Below, one piece after another: positions 1 to 7,970 of a stretch of 32,000 nucleotides of DNA. The DNA comes from Candidatus Saccharimonadota bacterium (GTDB lineage Bacteria > Patescibacteriota > Gracilibacteria > UBA4473). The stretch covers positions 480,001 to 512,000 of the forward strand of contig JAUIFI010000001.1 of the NCBI GenBank assembly GCA_030429505.1. The letters run 5' to 3'. Positions within the stretch are counted from its first letter, which is position 1. Each line of letters starts with the position of its first letter. The notes under the pieces were generated by a model. It had not been told where the DNA came from. It saw nothing but the letters and a program-made list of their open reading frames with translations, and did no database searches. A program made the position numbers and the translations under genes.

Positions 1-133
1 TATGATGGGGGGAGATGCCGGTGAAGAAATGGTACAAACCAGACGTGGTGTTGATAAAATTCTTCATAGACTAACAATCATACTTGCAATACTCTTACTT
101 GGAGGGGGAATATATATGATGTTTCTAGCATAA
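1..133 (+). CDS. 3' end of a small membrane protein, SecG-like (partial, start outside window)
   Basis: Frame 2 is open from the window edge to TAA at 131-133: ...GGDAGEEMVQTRRGVDKILHRLTIILAILLLGGGIYMMFLA*. A Gly-rich stretch, an R-G...L..R.T segment and a terminal TM helix resemble SecG C-termini. Only 43 aa are visible. Confidence 0.4.
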   Translation, partial: MMGGDAGEEMVQTRRGVDKILHRLTIILAILLLGGGIYMMFLA

Positions 134-137
134 CTCT

Positions 138-1862
138 ATGCGAAGACCAACGGCAAAATTTTCCCTGCGCAAAAAAGGAATACTACTTTCTATCATCCTT
201 GGTTTGCTCATAACATTTGGTATTCTCTATCATCGTTTTTTCCAAACACACTCCAAACTCGTCCCCACCGAAGGGGGTATTTTTACCGAATCAACTATTG
301 GCACTATCAAAAACCTAAATCCTTTATCTCCCCATACATCACTCTTTGACAAGGATCTTCACAAACTCATTTTCTCCGGACTACTCCGCTATAACCCCAC
401 TTCAGGAAAGATAGAAGATGGGCTCGCTCACTTACAAATTAAAGACAATCGATCCTATACCCTCTCTCTTAAAGACTCTGCTCGATTTCAAGACGGACAA
501 CCGGTTACCACCGATGACGTTCTTTTCACCTTTGAAAGCTTGATTAAAAACCCCCACTTTGAAAACAAATATCTCAAAGATGCCTTTGAATACACCTCAA
601 TTCAAGTAGTCGACGATCAAACCATTGAGTTTAAAATCCCTGAACCAAATTTCTTCTTTCCAGGACTCCTCACCACACCAATTCTTCCTGCCAAATATTT
701 CAAAAATGCCTACATCGAAGAAATAACAGACCCCCAATTCAGCTTCAACCAAAAACCTATAGGTGCTGGACCCTACCGCCTTACAAACATTGTTTCCAAC
801 TTTGACGGGAGCTTCAGAGTATTTTTAGAAAAAAACAAATACTACTACACCAATCTCCCCAAGATAGAACAAATAGTATTTTACGTGCATCCATCATTTG
901 AACATCTCAATCAATTCCATTCCTGGACTACTATTTTTTCTAATATTCCTCTCTCTCGCATCAAACAATTCCAAGAAAAACTAATACAAACCTTTCAGCT
1001 CTCAGAAGTCTACGAAAAAAGAGAATACCTTCTCCCAAGATTTACAGCACTCTTCTTCAATCTCGACACGCCCCTTCCTGCCAATCCTATTATCCGAAAA
1101 GCTCTCTCACAAAGCCTAGATAAAACCAAAATTATCGAAAACGAAACCTCATGGCAAGAGCTTGAATCATTCTTTCTCTTTGAAGGAATAAGTAATCAAC
1201 ATGATCAAAACGCAATAAACGCCAGACGAATATTACAAAATAATGGATTTCCTTACAAACAAGCAGAAGAACAAAGAATTATCCAAGATACCAAAGAGCC
1301 ATTAACATTAAATTTTATTACCTCTACCGCCCCTCCCGTCTACTCAAGATTTGCCCAAAACATAACCCATCAATGGGAGAAAGAACTCAATCTAAAAATA
1401 AATCTTGAAATACTTCCCCCTGAAGAATTTCGACAACGAATGGCAAAAAGAGAATATGACATTATCTTGTTTGGACAAAATTTCTCACAAAACTTCGACT
1501 CACTCTCTCTATGGCATTCGGCTGAAAGTGGAAAATTCAACCTCTCAAACCTTACTAATGAAGACATAGATTTTCTTATTAATGAAGTCCGTACTACAGG
1601 TTCTCAAACAGATCTTTTCACACTCAGTGAAAAACTTACAAGTCTTATTCCAGCCATTCCTCTTGCTACCCCAAAATACAACCTTCTCATTTCCCAAGAA
1701 CTAAAAAACTTCTCCAATACTTTTGGAGGGAATAACAGATCTCACGCTGATCGGTTTTTTGGCATCGAAACCTGGTATTTCAAAGAAGAAATAGATTGGG
1801 ATCTCCCCCCAGACACCTCTAAATTAGGAACTTTTTTTCGATGGCTCTTTACTGGAACATAA
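138..1862 (+). CDS. ABC-type solute-binding protein, family 5 (peptide/nickel, OppA/DppA-like), membrane-anchored
   Basis: 574-aa ORF with an N-terminal TM anchor (GILLSIILGLLITFGILY). The block YTLSLKDSARFQDGQPVTTDDVLFTFESL and the overall length are typical of the SBP_bac_5 family. No permease or ATPase genes are adjacent. Confidence 0.7.
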   Translation: MRRPTAKFSLRKKGILLSIILGLLITFGILYHRFFQTHSKLVPTEGGIFTESTIGTIKNLNPLSPHTSLFDKDLHKLIFSGLLRYNPTSGKIEDGLAHLQIKDNRSYTLSLKDSARFQDGQPVTTDDVLFTFESLIKNPHFENKYLKDAFEYTSIQVVDDQTIEFKIPEPNFFFPGLLTTPILPAKYFKNAYIEEITDPQFSFNQKPIGAGPYRLTNIVSNFDGSFRVFLEKNKYYYTNLPKIEQIVFYVHPSFEHLNQFHSWTTIFSNIPLSRIKQFQEKLIQTFQLSEVYEKREYLLPRFTALFFNLDTPLPANPIIRKALSQSLDKTKIIENETSWQELESFFLFEGISNQHDQNAINARRILQNNGFPYKQAEEQRIIQDTKEPLTLNFITSTAPPVYSRFAQNITHQWEKELNLKINLEILPPEEFRQRMAKREYDIILFGQNFSQNFDSLSLWHSAESGKFNLSNLTNEDIDFLINEVRTTGSQTDLFTLSEKLTSLIPAIPLATPKYNLLISQELKNFSNTFGGNNRSHADRFFGIETWYFKEEIDWDLPPDTSKLGTFFRWLFTGT

Positions 1863-1868
1863 AAAAAG

Positions 1869-2327
1869 ATGAAAAAAATATCCACCCAAATTATCAAAAA
1901 CTTAATTCTGGAAAATGAACGCCCCTCTCATCAATCAGAAAAAAATTTACTCGCCATCGACTACGGCATAAAACATTGTGGACTCGCTTTCTCTCCAGAC
2001 GGCATATGTGTTATCCCACTACAAGTGATAGACACAGAAAGTCTGGCAGAAATCATCCAAGACCTTACAGGAGCAAAAAAATTTCAGACAATCATCTTCG
2101 GACTCCCTCTATTACCTGACGGAAGCGAAAATAAGCTTTGCCAAGAAATCCGAAAACAAGGACAAATACTTAAAAAGAATTATACAGTCAAATACATAAA
2201 CGAACGCTTCTCTACAAAAAAAACAATCTCCTCTGACAACAACAGGAAAGACGATCTCGCCGCCATGAATATTTTAGAATTTTATCTTGCCCAAAAAGAG
2301 AAAAAGCCTACCATCAGCCCCCGATAA
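1869..2327 (+). CDS. ruvX: YqgF/RuvX-family putative pre-16S rRNA nuclease (Holliday junction resolvase-like)
   Basis: 152 aa. The N-terminal LLAIDYGIKHCGLAFS motif and the later IIFGLPLLPDGSE motif match the YqgF family. Confidence 0.8.
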   Translation: MKKISTQIIKNLILENERPSHQSEKNLLAIDYGIKHCGLAFSPDGICVIPLQVIDTESLAEIIQDLTGAKKFQTIIFGLPLLPDGSENKLCQEIRKQGQILKKNYTVKYINERFSTKKTISSDNNRKDDLAAMNILEFYLAQKEKKPTISPR

Positions 2328-2378
2328 AAACACAAAAAAACAGTAAATTATTTATGCTACACTGTCCTTAAAAAAATC

Positions 2379-2948
2379 ATGAAAGACTTTCCTGATAAAT
2401 CTTTTATAGAAAAACTCGTTGACAGATCCCAAAAAGGAGATGAAAAAAGCTTCGAATACCTTTTTGATCTCTTTTTTGAAAAAATTCTTCAGTATGTATC
2501 CTTTCGTGTTGAAAAAGATGAAGCTGAAGACATAGTTTCGGACATATTTCTCAAAGTCGTTGAAAAACTCAATACCTACACACCCAATCCCAAAAGTAGC
2601 TTTAACGCATGGATTTTTCGCATCGCCCACAACACCGTAATCGATTTCTATCGTACTCAAAAAGAAATTTACGGACTGAGTGATCAGGAACAAGAAACCT
2701 ATTTTCTTCAAATCCCAGACAAAAATCCTACCCCAGATGAAGCACTTCAAAGTAGCTTTGACCGCAAGAGAATCCATAAAGCACTCAAAAATCTTCCTTC
2801 TGCTCATAGAGAAATCATCGAACTCAAGTACCTCGAAGAATTCTCCAACCGCGAAATATCAGAAATCACCGGAAAAAGCGAAGGAAACATTCGCGTTATT
2901 CAACTGCGAGCGCTAAGAGAAGTACGCAAGTATTTAGAGGGAGAGTAA
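2379..2948 (+). CDS. RNA polymerase sigma factor, sigma-70 family, ECF-like
   Basis: 189 aa. Region 2 reads AEDIVSDIFLKVVEKL...FNAWIFRIAHNTVIDFYR. The region 4 HTH reads LPSAHREIIELKYLEEFSNREISEITGKSEGNIRVIQLRALREVRKYL. No anti-sigma gene is adjacent. Confidence 0.85.
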   Translation: MKDFPDKSFIEKLVDRSQKGDEKSFEYLFDLFFEKILQYVSFRVEKDEAEDIVSDIFLKVVEKLNTYTPNPKSSFNAWIFRIAHNTVIDFYRTQKEIYGLSDQEQETYFLQIPDKNPTPDEALQSSFDRKRIHKALKNLPSAHREIIELKYLEEFSNREISEITGKSEGNIRVIQLRALREVRKYLEGE

Positions 2949-2950
2949 AA

Positions 2951-4213
2951 TTACTTCTTTCTAATCATCTCAAACCCACAATACGGCACCAAAACCTTAG
3001 GAACTACCACACTTCCATCTTTTCGCTGAAAATTCTCCAATATCGCTACTAAAGGACGACTTGATACCGCCGTACCATTAAGTGAATGAGCATGAACGAT
3101 TGATCCATCTTTTTGACGAACTCGAATATTGAGTCTGCGTGTCTGAAAATTCGTACAAATAGACGTTGAAGTCATCTCTCGATAGTTTCCCTGTCCTGGC
3201 AACCAAGCTTCCAAATCATATTTCTTCGCCGCAGAATTCCCTAAATCACCACAACACACATTCACCACTCGATAAGGCAAACCAAGTTGCTGCAACAAAT
3301 TTTCTTCAATCCTCAAAAGCTCTTCATGCATCATCTCACTCTCCTCCGGACGACACAAAACAACCATTTCCACCTTTTCAAATTGATGAACCCGAAAAAT
3401 ACCCTTCATATCCTTTCCATACGTCCCCGCCTCTCGACGAAAACACGGTGAGTACGAAACAAATTTAGACGGTAAATCACCTTCATCCAAAACCTCATCC
3501 GCATGAAAACCCATCATCGGAACCTCACTCGTCCCGATCAAATACAAATCATCCTCCCCAGGATTGACGACATAGTTTTCATCCTTCGCAAAAAATCCTG
3601 TTCCCATCAGCGCCTCTTTCCTTGTCATAAAAGGAGGAATTGTCGCCGAAAACCCTTTTGCCACCACTTCTCGAAATGCCCACATCATAAGTGCCTGCTG
3701 CAGTACCGCCAGTTCATTTCGCAAATAATAAAAGCGACTCCCACTCACCTTGGCACTTCGCTCTGTATCAAGAAGTTCTAGGTTCTCTGCAATCTCCCAA
3801 TGCTCTCTGGGTTGAAAAGAAAAAGAAGTTTTATCCCCTTCCTCTCGCAACACTACATTCTCTTCATCAGAAATTCCATCAGGCGCCGATTCAAAAGGAA
3901 TATTGGGTAAATCATACATCAATGATTCGTACTGTTCCTCAACCAACTGCAATTCACCCTCCTGTGTTTTCTTTTTGTCTGATAAATTTTTCATGTCACT
4001 CAAAACCTGCTGCTTCTCTACTCCTGAAAGCTGAGCAATTTTCTTCGAAACAGCATTTTGCTCTGCCTTCATAGATTCAACCACCTGAAGTAAGTCACGA
4101 CGACGTTGATCAATGTCTAATAATTGATCAATAACACCACCAGATACTCCTTTACGAGCTAAACCTTTCTTAAATACACCAGTTTTTTTGCGAATCTCTT
4201 TGATATCAAGCAT
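2951..4213 (-). CDS. serS: seryl-tRNA synthetase
   Basis: 420 aa. It has the N-terminal coiled-coil arm (MLDIKEIRK...) and class II core motifs (SPCFRREAG, GTAVSSRPLVAILEN). Confidence 0.95.
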   Translation of the reverse strand: MLDIKEIRKKTGVFKKGLARKGVSGGVIDQLLDIDQRRRDLLQVVESMKAEQNAVSKKIAQLSGVEKQQVLSDMKNLSDKKKTQEGELQLVEEQYESLMYDLPNIPFESAPDGISDEENVVLREEGDKTSFSFQPREHWEIAENLELLDTERSAKVSGSRFYYLRNELAVLQQALMMWAFREVVAKGFSATIPPFMTRKEALMGTGFFAKDENYVVNPGEDDLYLIGTSEVPMMGFHADEVLDEGDLPSKFVSYSPCFRREAGTYGKDMKGIFRVHQFEKVEMVVLCRPEESEMMHEELLRIEENLLQQLGLPYRVVNVCCGDLGNSAAKKYDLEAWLPGQGNYREMTSTSICTNFQTRRLNIRVRQKDGSIVHAHSLNGTAVSSRPLVAILENFQRKDGSVVVPKVLVPYCGFEMIRKK

Positions 4214-4531
4214 ATTTTAACTTTCTAAAAGACAGATCCATGGTAATAGAAAACACAAAAACCACAAAACACTTTTAATCCAAACGCCCAAAATATTACA
4301 CATACAAATAAAAGCCCATACAAAAAAGATTTATAAGGAATATGAGTGGAAAATGTGTGCATGAATCATTTTTATTTTCAACCTGAACAAAAAAAGAAAA
4401 CAGCATATCCCGAAAGGCAATAAGAAAAAGGAAAAAACAGTTGCAAAAACAAAAAATGTGTTCTAAAATTCGAGCATAAGTAGGAAATCTCTTTTCAGGA
4501 AAGGGGTAAGCCCAAAAAAAGTTTTCCACAC

Positions 4532-4554
4532 AATGTGCACAAGTTTTGCACATT
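4532..4554. promoter_or_regulatory. inverted repeat AATGTGCA-N7-TGCACATT upstream of rsmH (candidate operator)
   Basis: Perfect 8-bp arms at 4532-4539 and 4547-4554, ending 22 nt before the rsmH ATG. Related AATGTG half-sites occur at about 4352 and 4454 in the same 362-bp intergenic region. Confidence 0.3.
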
Positions 4555-4575
4555 AACACAAAAACAGAACAAAAA

Positions 4576-5514
4576 ATGACAGGTACAAAGCCAAATCACA
4601 CCCCAGTTCTTGAAAAAGAAATTCTTGCTTTGTTACTTTTTGAAAATGTTGAGTCAGTTTTTGATGGAACCCTAGGTTTAGGAGGACATGCTGAAAGCAT
4701 TTTGAAAAAATTCCCAAAAGTAAAACAATACATTGCCTGCGACCTAGATAGCCAGCACATCGCCTTTGCACGGAAAAGACTGACCAAATGGAAAAATAAA
4801 GTGGTATTTCATCACGCCAATTTTTCTGAACTCAAGATCATTCTCAACGAAAATAATCCCCCTCATCCACTCATTATTCTCCTAGACTTGGGACTATGTT
4901 CACATCATGTAGATAACCCAGAAAAAGGCTTTAGTTTTCAACAAGACAGCCCACTCACCATGAGTTTCGATACAAACAATCGTAAAAATGCCGCGCAGAT
5001 CATCAACAATGCCAGCGAACAAGAATTAATGGTCATTTTGAAAAATTTCGGAGAAGAACCACACGCCAAAAAACTCTCCCAAGCCATCAGCAAAGCCAGA
5101 AAAAACAAACCTCTCGAAACAACATTTGACCTCCGAAAAGTCATCGAAGATCACACGCACCCCAAAGATCGTAATAAGACTCTGATGAGAGTATTTCAGG
5201 CTTTCAGAATTGCCGTCAATGATGAACTTAAATCTCTCAAGCACGCATTAACATCAGCATTAGAAATAATGAAAAAAGGTGACCGCATGGGTGTCATATC
5301 CTATCACGCCCTCGAAGATCGAATCGTAAAAAACTTTGTACAAACTCACAGCAAGCCTAAAACCATTGCTACTGCTAAGTCACTCCATACTCCAATTAGT
5401 CTAGCCACTATCCAAAAGATCAATAGAAAACCAATCACTCCTTCTACAGAAGAAGTACAAATAAATCCTCGCGCTCGTAGCGCAAAATTAAGAATATTTG
5501 AAAAAACGACATGA
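4576..5514 (+). CDS. rsmH: 16S rRNA (cytosine1402-N4)-methyltransferase
   Basis: Motifs HTPVL, GTLGLGGHA, DLGLCSHHVD, ISYHALEDR and the C-terminal NPRARSAKLR are all present. I use the ATG at 4576. The ORF-track start at 4546 is a TTG lying inside the inverted repeat. Confidence 0.9.
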   Translation: MTGTKPNHTPVLEKEILALLLFENVESVFDGTLGLGGHAESILKKFPKVKQYIACDLDSQHIAFARKRLTKWKNKVVFHHANFSELKIILNENNPPHPLIILLDLGLCSHHVDNPEKGFSFQQDSPLTMSFDTNNRKNAAQIINNASEQELMVILKNFGEEPHAKKLSQAISKARKNKPLETTFDLRKVIEDHTHPKDRNKTLMRVFQAFRIAVNDELKSLKHALTSALEIMKKGDRMGVISYHALEDRIVKNFVQTHSKPKTIATAKSLHTPISLATIQKINRKPITPSTEEVQINPRARSAKLRIFEKTT

Positions 5515-5864
5515 ATGTTACACATCATCAAACCACAGAATCTCCATCGTCCAGCAAAAAACAAAGTACAGCCGGACAATATATGTTATGGTTTATTCGT
5601 TGTGGCATCATATGTGCAATCATTTTAGCCATTATCTATCTTTCTCTCCTCAATGCTCTCGCTACTCAAGGCTTTGCTCTTCAAGAAATTAAAGCAGACC
5701 GACTTCTCATACAGAAAGAACTCGAAAAATGGGAAATTGCCGTCTCAAATCCCGTCAGCTTATACGCACTCCAGTCCTCTGAACAAGTTCAAAATATGGA
5801 AGAGGTCAAAGAAAAAGAATACATTCACATTCAACAAGGTCAGCTTGCCATGCAACAGCCATAG
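5511..5864 (+). CDS. FtsL-like single-pass membrane protein (cell-division, putative)
   Basis: 117 aa. Its ATG overlaps the rsmH stop (ATGA at 5511-5514). It has one TM helix (YMLWFIRCGIICAIILAIIYLSLL) followed by a coiled-coil-like segment. Position directly after rsmH matches dcw-cluster ftsL. Sequence similarity is weak. Confidence 0.45.
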   Translation: MNVTHHQTTESPSSSKKQSTAGQYMLWFIRCGIICAIILAIIYLSLLNALATQGFALQEIKADRLLIQKELEKWEIAVSNPVSLYALQSSEQVQNMEEVKEKEYIHIQQGQLAMQQP

Positions 5865-5868
5865 TCTC

Positions 5869-6441
5869 GTGTATCTCAAAGTCTTACTCATCATTTTTGT
5901 CTTGCTGAGTACAGGATGTCAAAATCCCTCATTACCCTCTCACCCCCAAGACATTCAAACTTTTATTCCTATTCCAGAAGAGTCTACAAAAAAGACATAT
6001 GGTATTTTTTCATTTAATTTTTCTCAAAAAAATTTTCCAGATGAATGTCAATGGCACACTTTTACACGCGTAGTCGATGGAGACACTATCATTGTAGATA
6101 AGAATATATATGTCCGATTTATCGGCATCGATACCCCTGAAACTAAACATCCTGATAAAAAAGTATCCCCCCTTGGGCTAAAATCTTCCCAAAAAACAAA
6201 AGAACTAATTGGAGAAAGTAAAAAAGTCTGTCTCATCCAAGATTCAGTCGGAGATACGATCGACAAATATCAAAGACAACTTGCCTATATATTCGACGAA
6301 AATGGTACTGACATCAACGCTGAGCTTTTGAAGACGGGTTGGGCGAAGGGGTATTTTTCGTTCCCGTTTGATCGGAAGGCTGAGTTCGAGTATTACCAGC
6401 AACAAGCGAAAAAGGCACATTTCGGGATTTGGTCTCAGTAG
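5869..6441 (+). CDS. thermonuclease (staphylococcal nuclease/SNase-like) lipoprotein
   Basis: SNase signature VVDGDTIIV...VRFIGIDTPE...QRQLAYIF...NAELLKTGWAKGY. A GTG at 5869 gives (M)YLKVLLIIFVLLSTGC, a signal peptide with a lipobox. The only in-frame ATG (5653) would overlap the upstream gene by 212 nt. Confidence 0.8.
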   Translation: MYLKVLLIIFVLLSTGCQNPSLPSHPQDIQTFIPIPEESTKKTYGIFSFNFSQKNFPDECQWHTFTRVVDGDTIIVDKNIYVRFIGIDTPETKHPDKKVSPLGLKSSQKTKELIGESKKVCLIQDSVGDTIDKYQRQLAYIFDENGTDINAELLKTGWAKGYFSFPFDRKAEFEYYQQQAKKAHFGIWSQ

Positions 6442-7348
6442 GAGAATGTCGCCGCCTTTCAATTTCAAAGGGCACTTCCTCTAAGGGAGCTTTCGGAGAA
6501 TCTTCCGTAGCTTTCACCACAGCCTCAGACATTTCTATTATCTCACTACCCTGACGCAATCGGTACCAAAACCACCAAAAACACAAAACACCCAATAAAA
6601 ATAAAATTACTGGGAACACATTTCCTAAGGAGAAAAAATTCATAAAGCTTTTTCCCGTCTTCTTTCCTTGTTCTGCCAACCACAACTCTTCCCACAACTC
6701 CGGCAAAGACTGAGAAGCTAAGGGGCTTGATAAAGCTTTATCCTGCAAATATAAAGGCTCCACCGCCCGAATTTCCCCATCAGCCGTAACCCCTCTTAAC
6801 TCCATACGAGTCTTCATAGGCTCTCGGAATTTTCCTACCACAAGCAAAGAGTTTTTAGAAATATCCGGCAATACAGAAGGAAGAATTTCTACAGCATTAC
6901 CTCCAAAATCTAATTGAACATCTTTGAGAAAAATTTCGCTTAAAAAATGCTCTGAAAAAACCTCAAATTGCTCTACAGATTTGTCAGAAGAATCAAGCGC
7001 AAAATGTAAAAACCCCTCCTCCTTCTCCCCTAAAAAAACAATCCTACTCAAAGGATCAGCCATGTAAGCTCCCAACTCATCTTTGGTAATAATCAAACCT
7101 CCCAATTCCTGAATCAAAGGCACAATATCCATGTACCGTTCAGATTCATCCGAAGCATAATTAGTTACAAAAATATTCTGAACTGGAAGTGGTTTGGTTC
7201 CATCTACCGGGAAAATACGTACCAAAAAAAATCCAGGCGCCTGCTCTGTTCTCACCGTCTCAAACTCAAAATTAGCTGATGATAAGCCTATAAAACCAAA
7301 AGAAAAAAATCCCAACCAAAACGTTAAAAGAAAAAGTAATTTTTTCAT
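6314..7348 (-). CDS. hypothetical exported protein with C-terminal TM anchor
   Basis: Starting at Met25 (7348) gives a signal peptide MKKLLFLLTFWLGFFSFGFIGLSSA. A TM helix VFPVILFLLGVLCFWWFWY lies near the C-terminus, followed by a Pro/Ser/Thr-rich tail. No family is recognised. The 3' end overlaps the nuclease gene by 128 nt. Confidence 0.5.
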   Translation of the reverse strand: MKKLLFLLTFWLGFFSFGFIGLSSANFEFETVRTEQAPGFFLVRIFPVDGTKPLPVQNIFVTNYASDESERYMDIVPLIQELGGLIITKDELGAYMADPLSRIVFLGEKEEGFLHFALDSSDKSVEQFEVFSEHFLSEIFLKDVQLDFGGNAVEILPSVLPDISKNSLLVVGKFREPMKTRMELRGVTADGEIRAVEPLYLQDKALSSPLASQSLPELWEELWLAEQGKKTGKSFMNFFSLGNVFPVILFLLGVLCFWWFWYRLRQGSEIIEMSEAVVKATEDSPKAPLEEVPFEIERRRHSPTETKSRNVPFSLVAGNTRTQPSDQTGTKNTPSPNPSSKAQR

Positions 7349-7438
7349 CAATACGATTTCTAATTGTTTTTTAAAAAAAGTCAAGTAAATCAAAAAGAAA
7401 AAATGTGATAATATTCTCATGAAATACTTACTTATTTT

Positions 7439-7963
7439 ATGAACGAAATTGAACTCAAATTCTTTAATATCGATGTAAAAAACATCAAAAAAAAACTAAG
7501 TATTATTGGAGCACAAAAGAAATATGATACTTTCATAGAATCAAACCTATTTGTGAAAGAGGGATTTAGTACATGGGATTCAAATAAACAATTTTTAAGA
7601 ATCAGGAAAATAGATGCCCAAATCATCATAACCCACAAAGATCCTGCTATAAAAGAGTCTAATATGACTATTCGTCAAGAAACAGAAGTAAAGGTAGATG
7701 ATTACAAAAAAGCTGTAGCCTTAGTGGAAAAACTAGGCTTTCGAAGAGCTATGGTCTATTCAAAGCACAGAATCCATTACGAATGGGACAATATCCACTT
7801 CGAATTAGATACATTCAATCACATTCCTACTTACCTAGAGATCGAAACTCAAACCAAAGAAAATATGAAAGACATTTGCCTTAGACTAGATATAGACATA
7901 AATCAAGGAAAAAAAGGAACTATTGTTGAAATACTACCTGAAAAATTCAGTAATTTTCAATGA
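7439..7963 (+). CDS. CYTH-domain protein (CyaB-like class IV adenylyl cyclase / triphosphatase family)
   Basis: 174 aa. It has the N-terminal EIELKF (ExExK) signature, FLRIRK, and C-terminal HFELD...YLEIE acidic strands typical of CYTH. Confidence 0.75.
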   Translation: MNEIELKFFNIDVKNIKKKLSIIGAQKKYDTFIESNLFVKEGFSTWDSNKQFLRIRKIDAQIIITHKDPAIKESNMTIRQETEVKVDDYKKAVALVEKLGFRRAMVYSKHRIHYEWDNIHFELDTFNHIPTYLEIETQTKENMKDICLRLDIDINQGKKGTIVEILPEKFSNFQ

Positions 7964-7970
7964 GAAATAT

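Noticed and set aside
2352-2807. 151-aa minus-strand ORF overlapping the sigma factor gene
   Set aside because: It is antisense to a gene with clear sigma-70 region 2 and region 4 motifs. Its Phe/Lys-rich translation is typical of the reverse frame of A-rich coding DNA.
3166-4074. Three + strand ORFs (100, 92 and 127 aa) inside serS
   Set aside because: They are antisense shadow ORFs of a well-supported serS gene. Their translations are Pro/His/Ser-rich and low-complexity, with no start context or promoter.
4214-4545. T-box riboswitch leader upstream of serS
   Set aside because: serS is T-box regulated in some Firmicutes. However, I found no T-box consensus (the GGGTGGTACCGCG-like core) or specifier/antiterminator architecture on the serS strand.
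4296-4559. 87-aa minus-strand ORF in the serS/rsmH intergenic region
   Set aside because: It is a Phe/Cys/Leu-rich translation of T-rich spacer DNA that overlaps the rsmH operator-like repeat, with no recognisable fold or start context.
5653-5868. ATG-initiated 5' extension of the nuclease ORF (track start 5653)
   Set aside because: It would overlap the FtsL-like gene by 212 nt and place about 70 Lys-rich residues ahead of an otherwise perfect lipoprotein signal peptide. A GTG at 5869 is preferred.
7349-7420. 24-codon N-terminal extension of the 6314-7420 ORF
   Set aside because: Met25 gives a canonical signal peptide. The extension region itself contains a TTGACT-16-TAGAAA promoter-like sequence. 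The true start remains uncertain.
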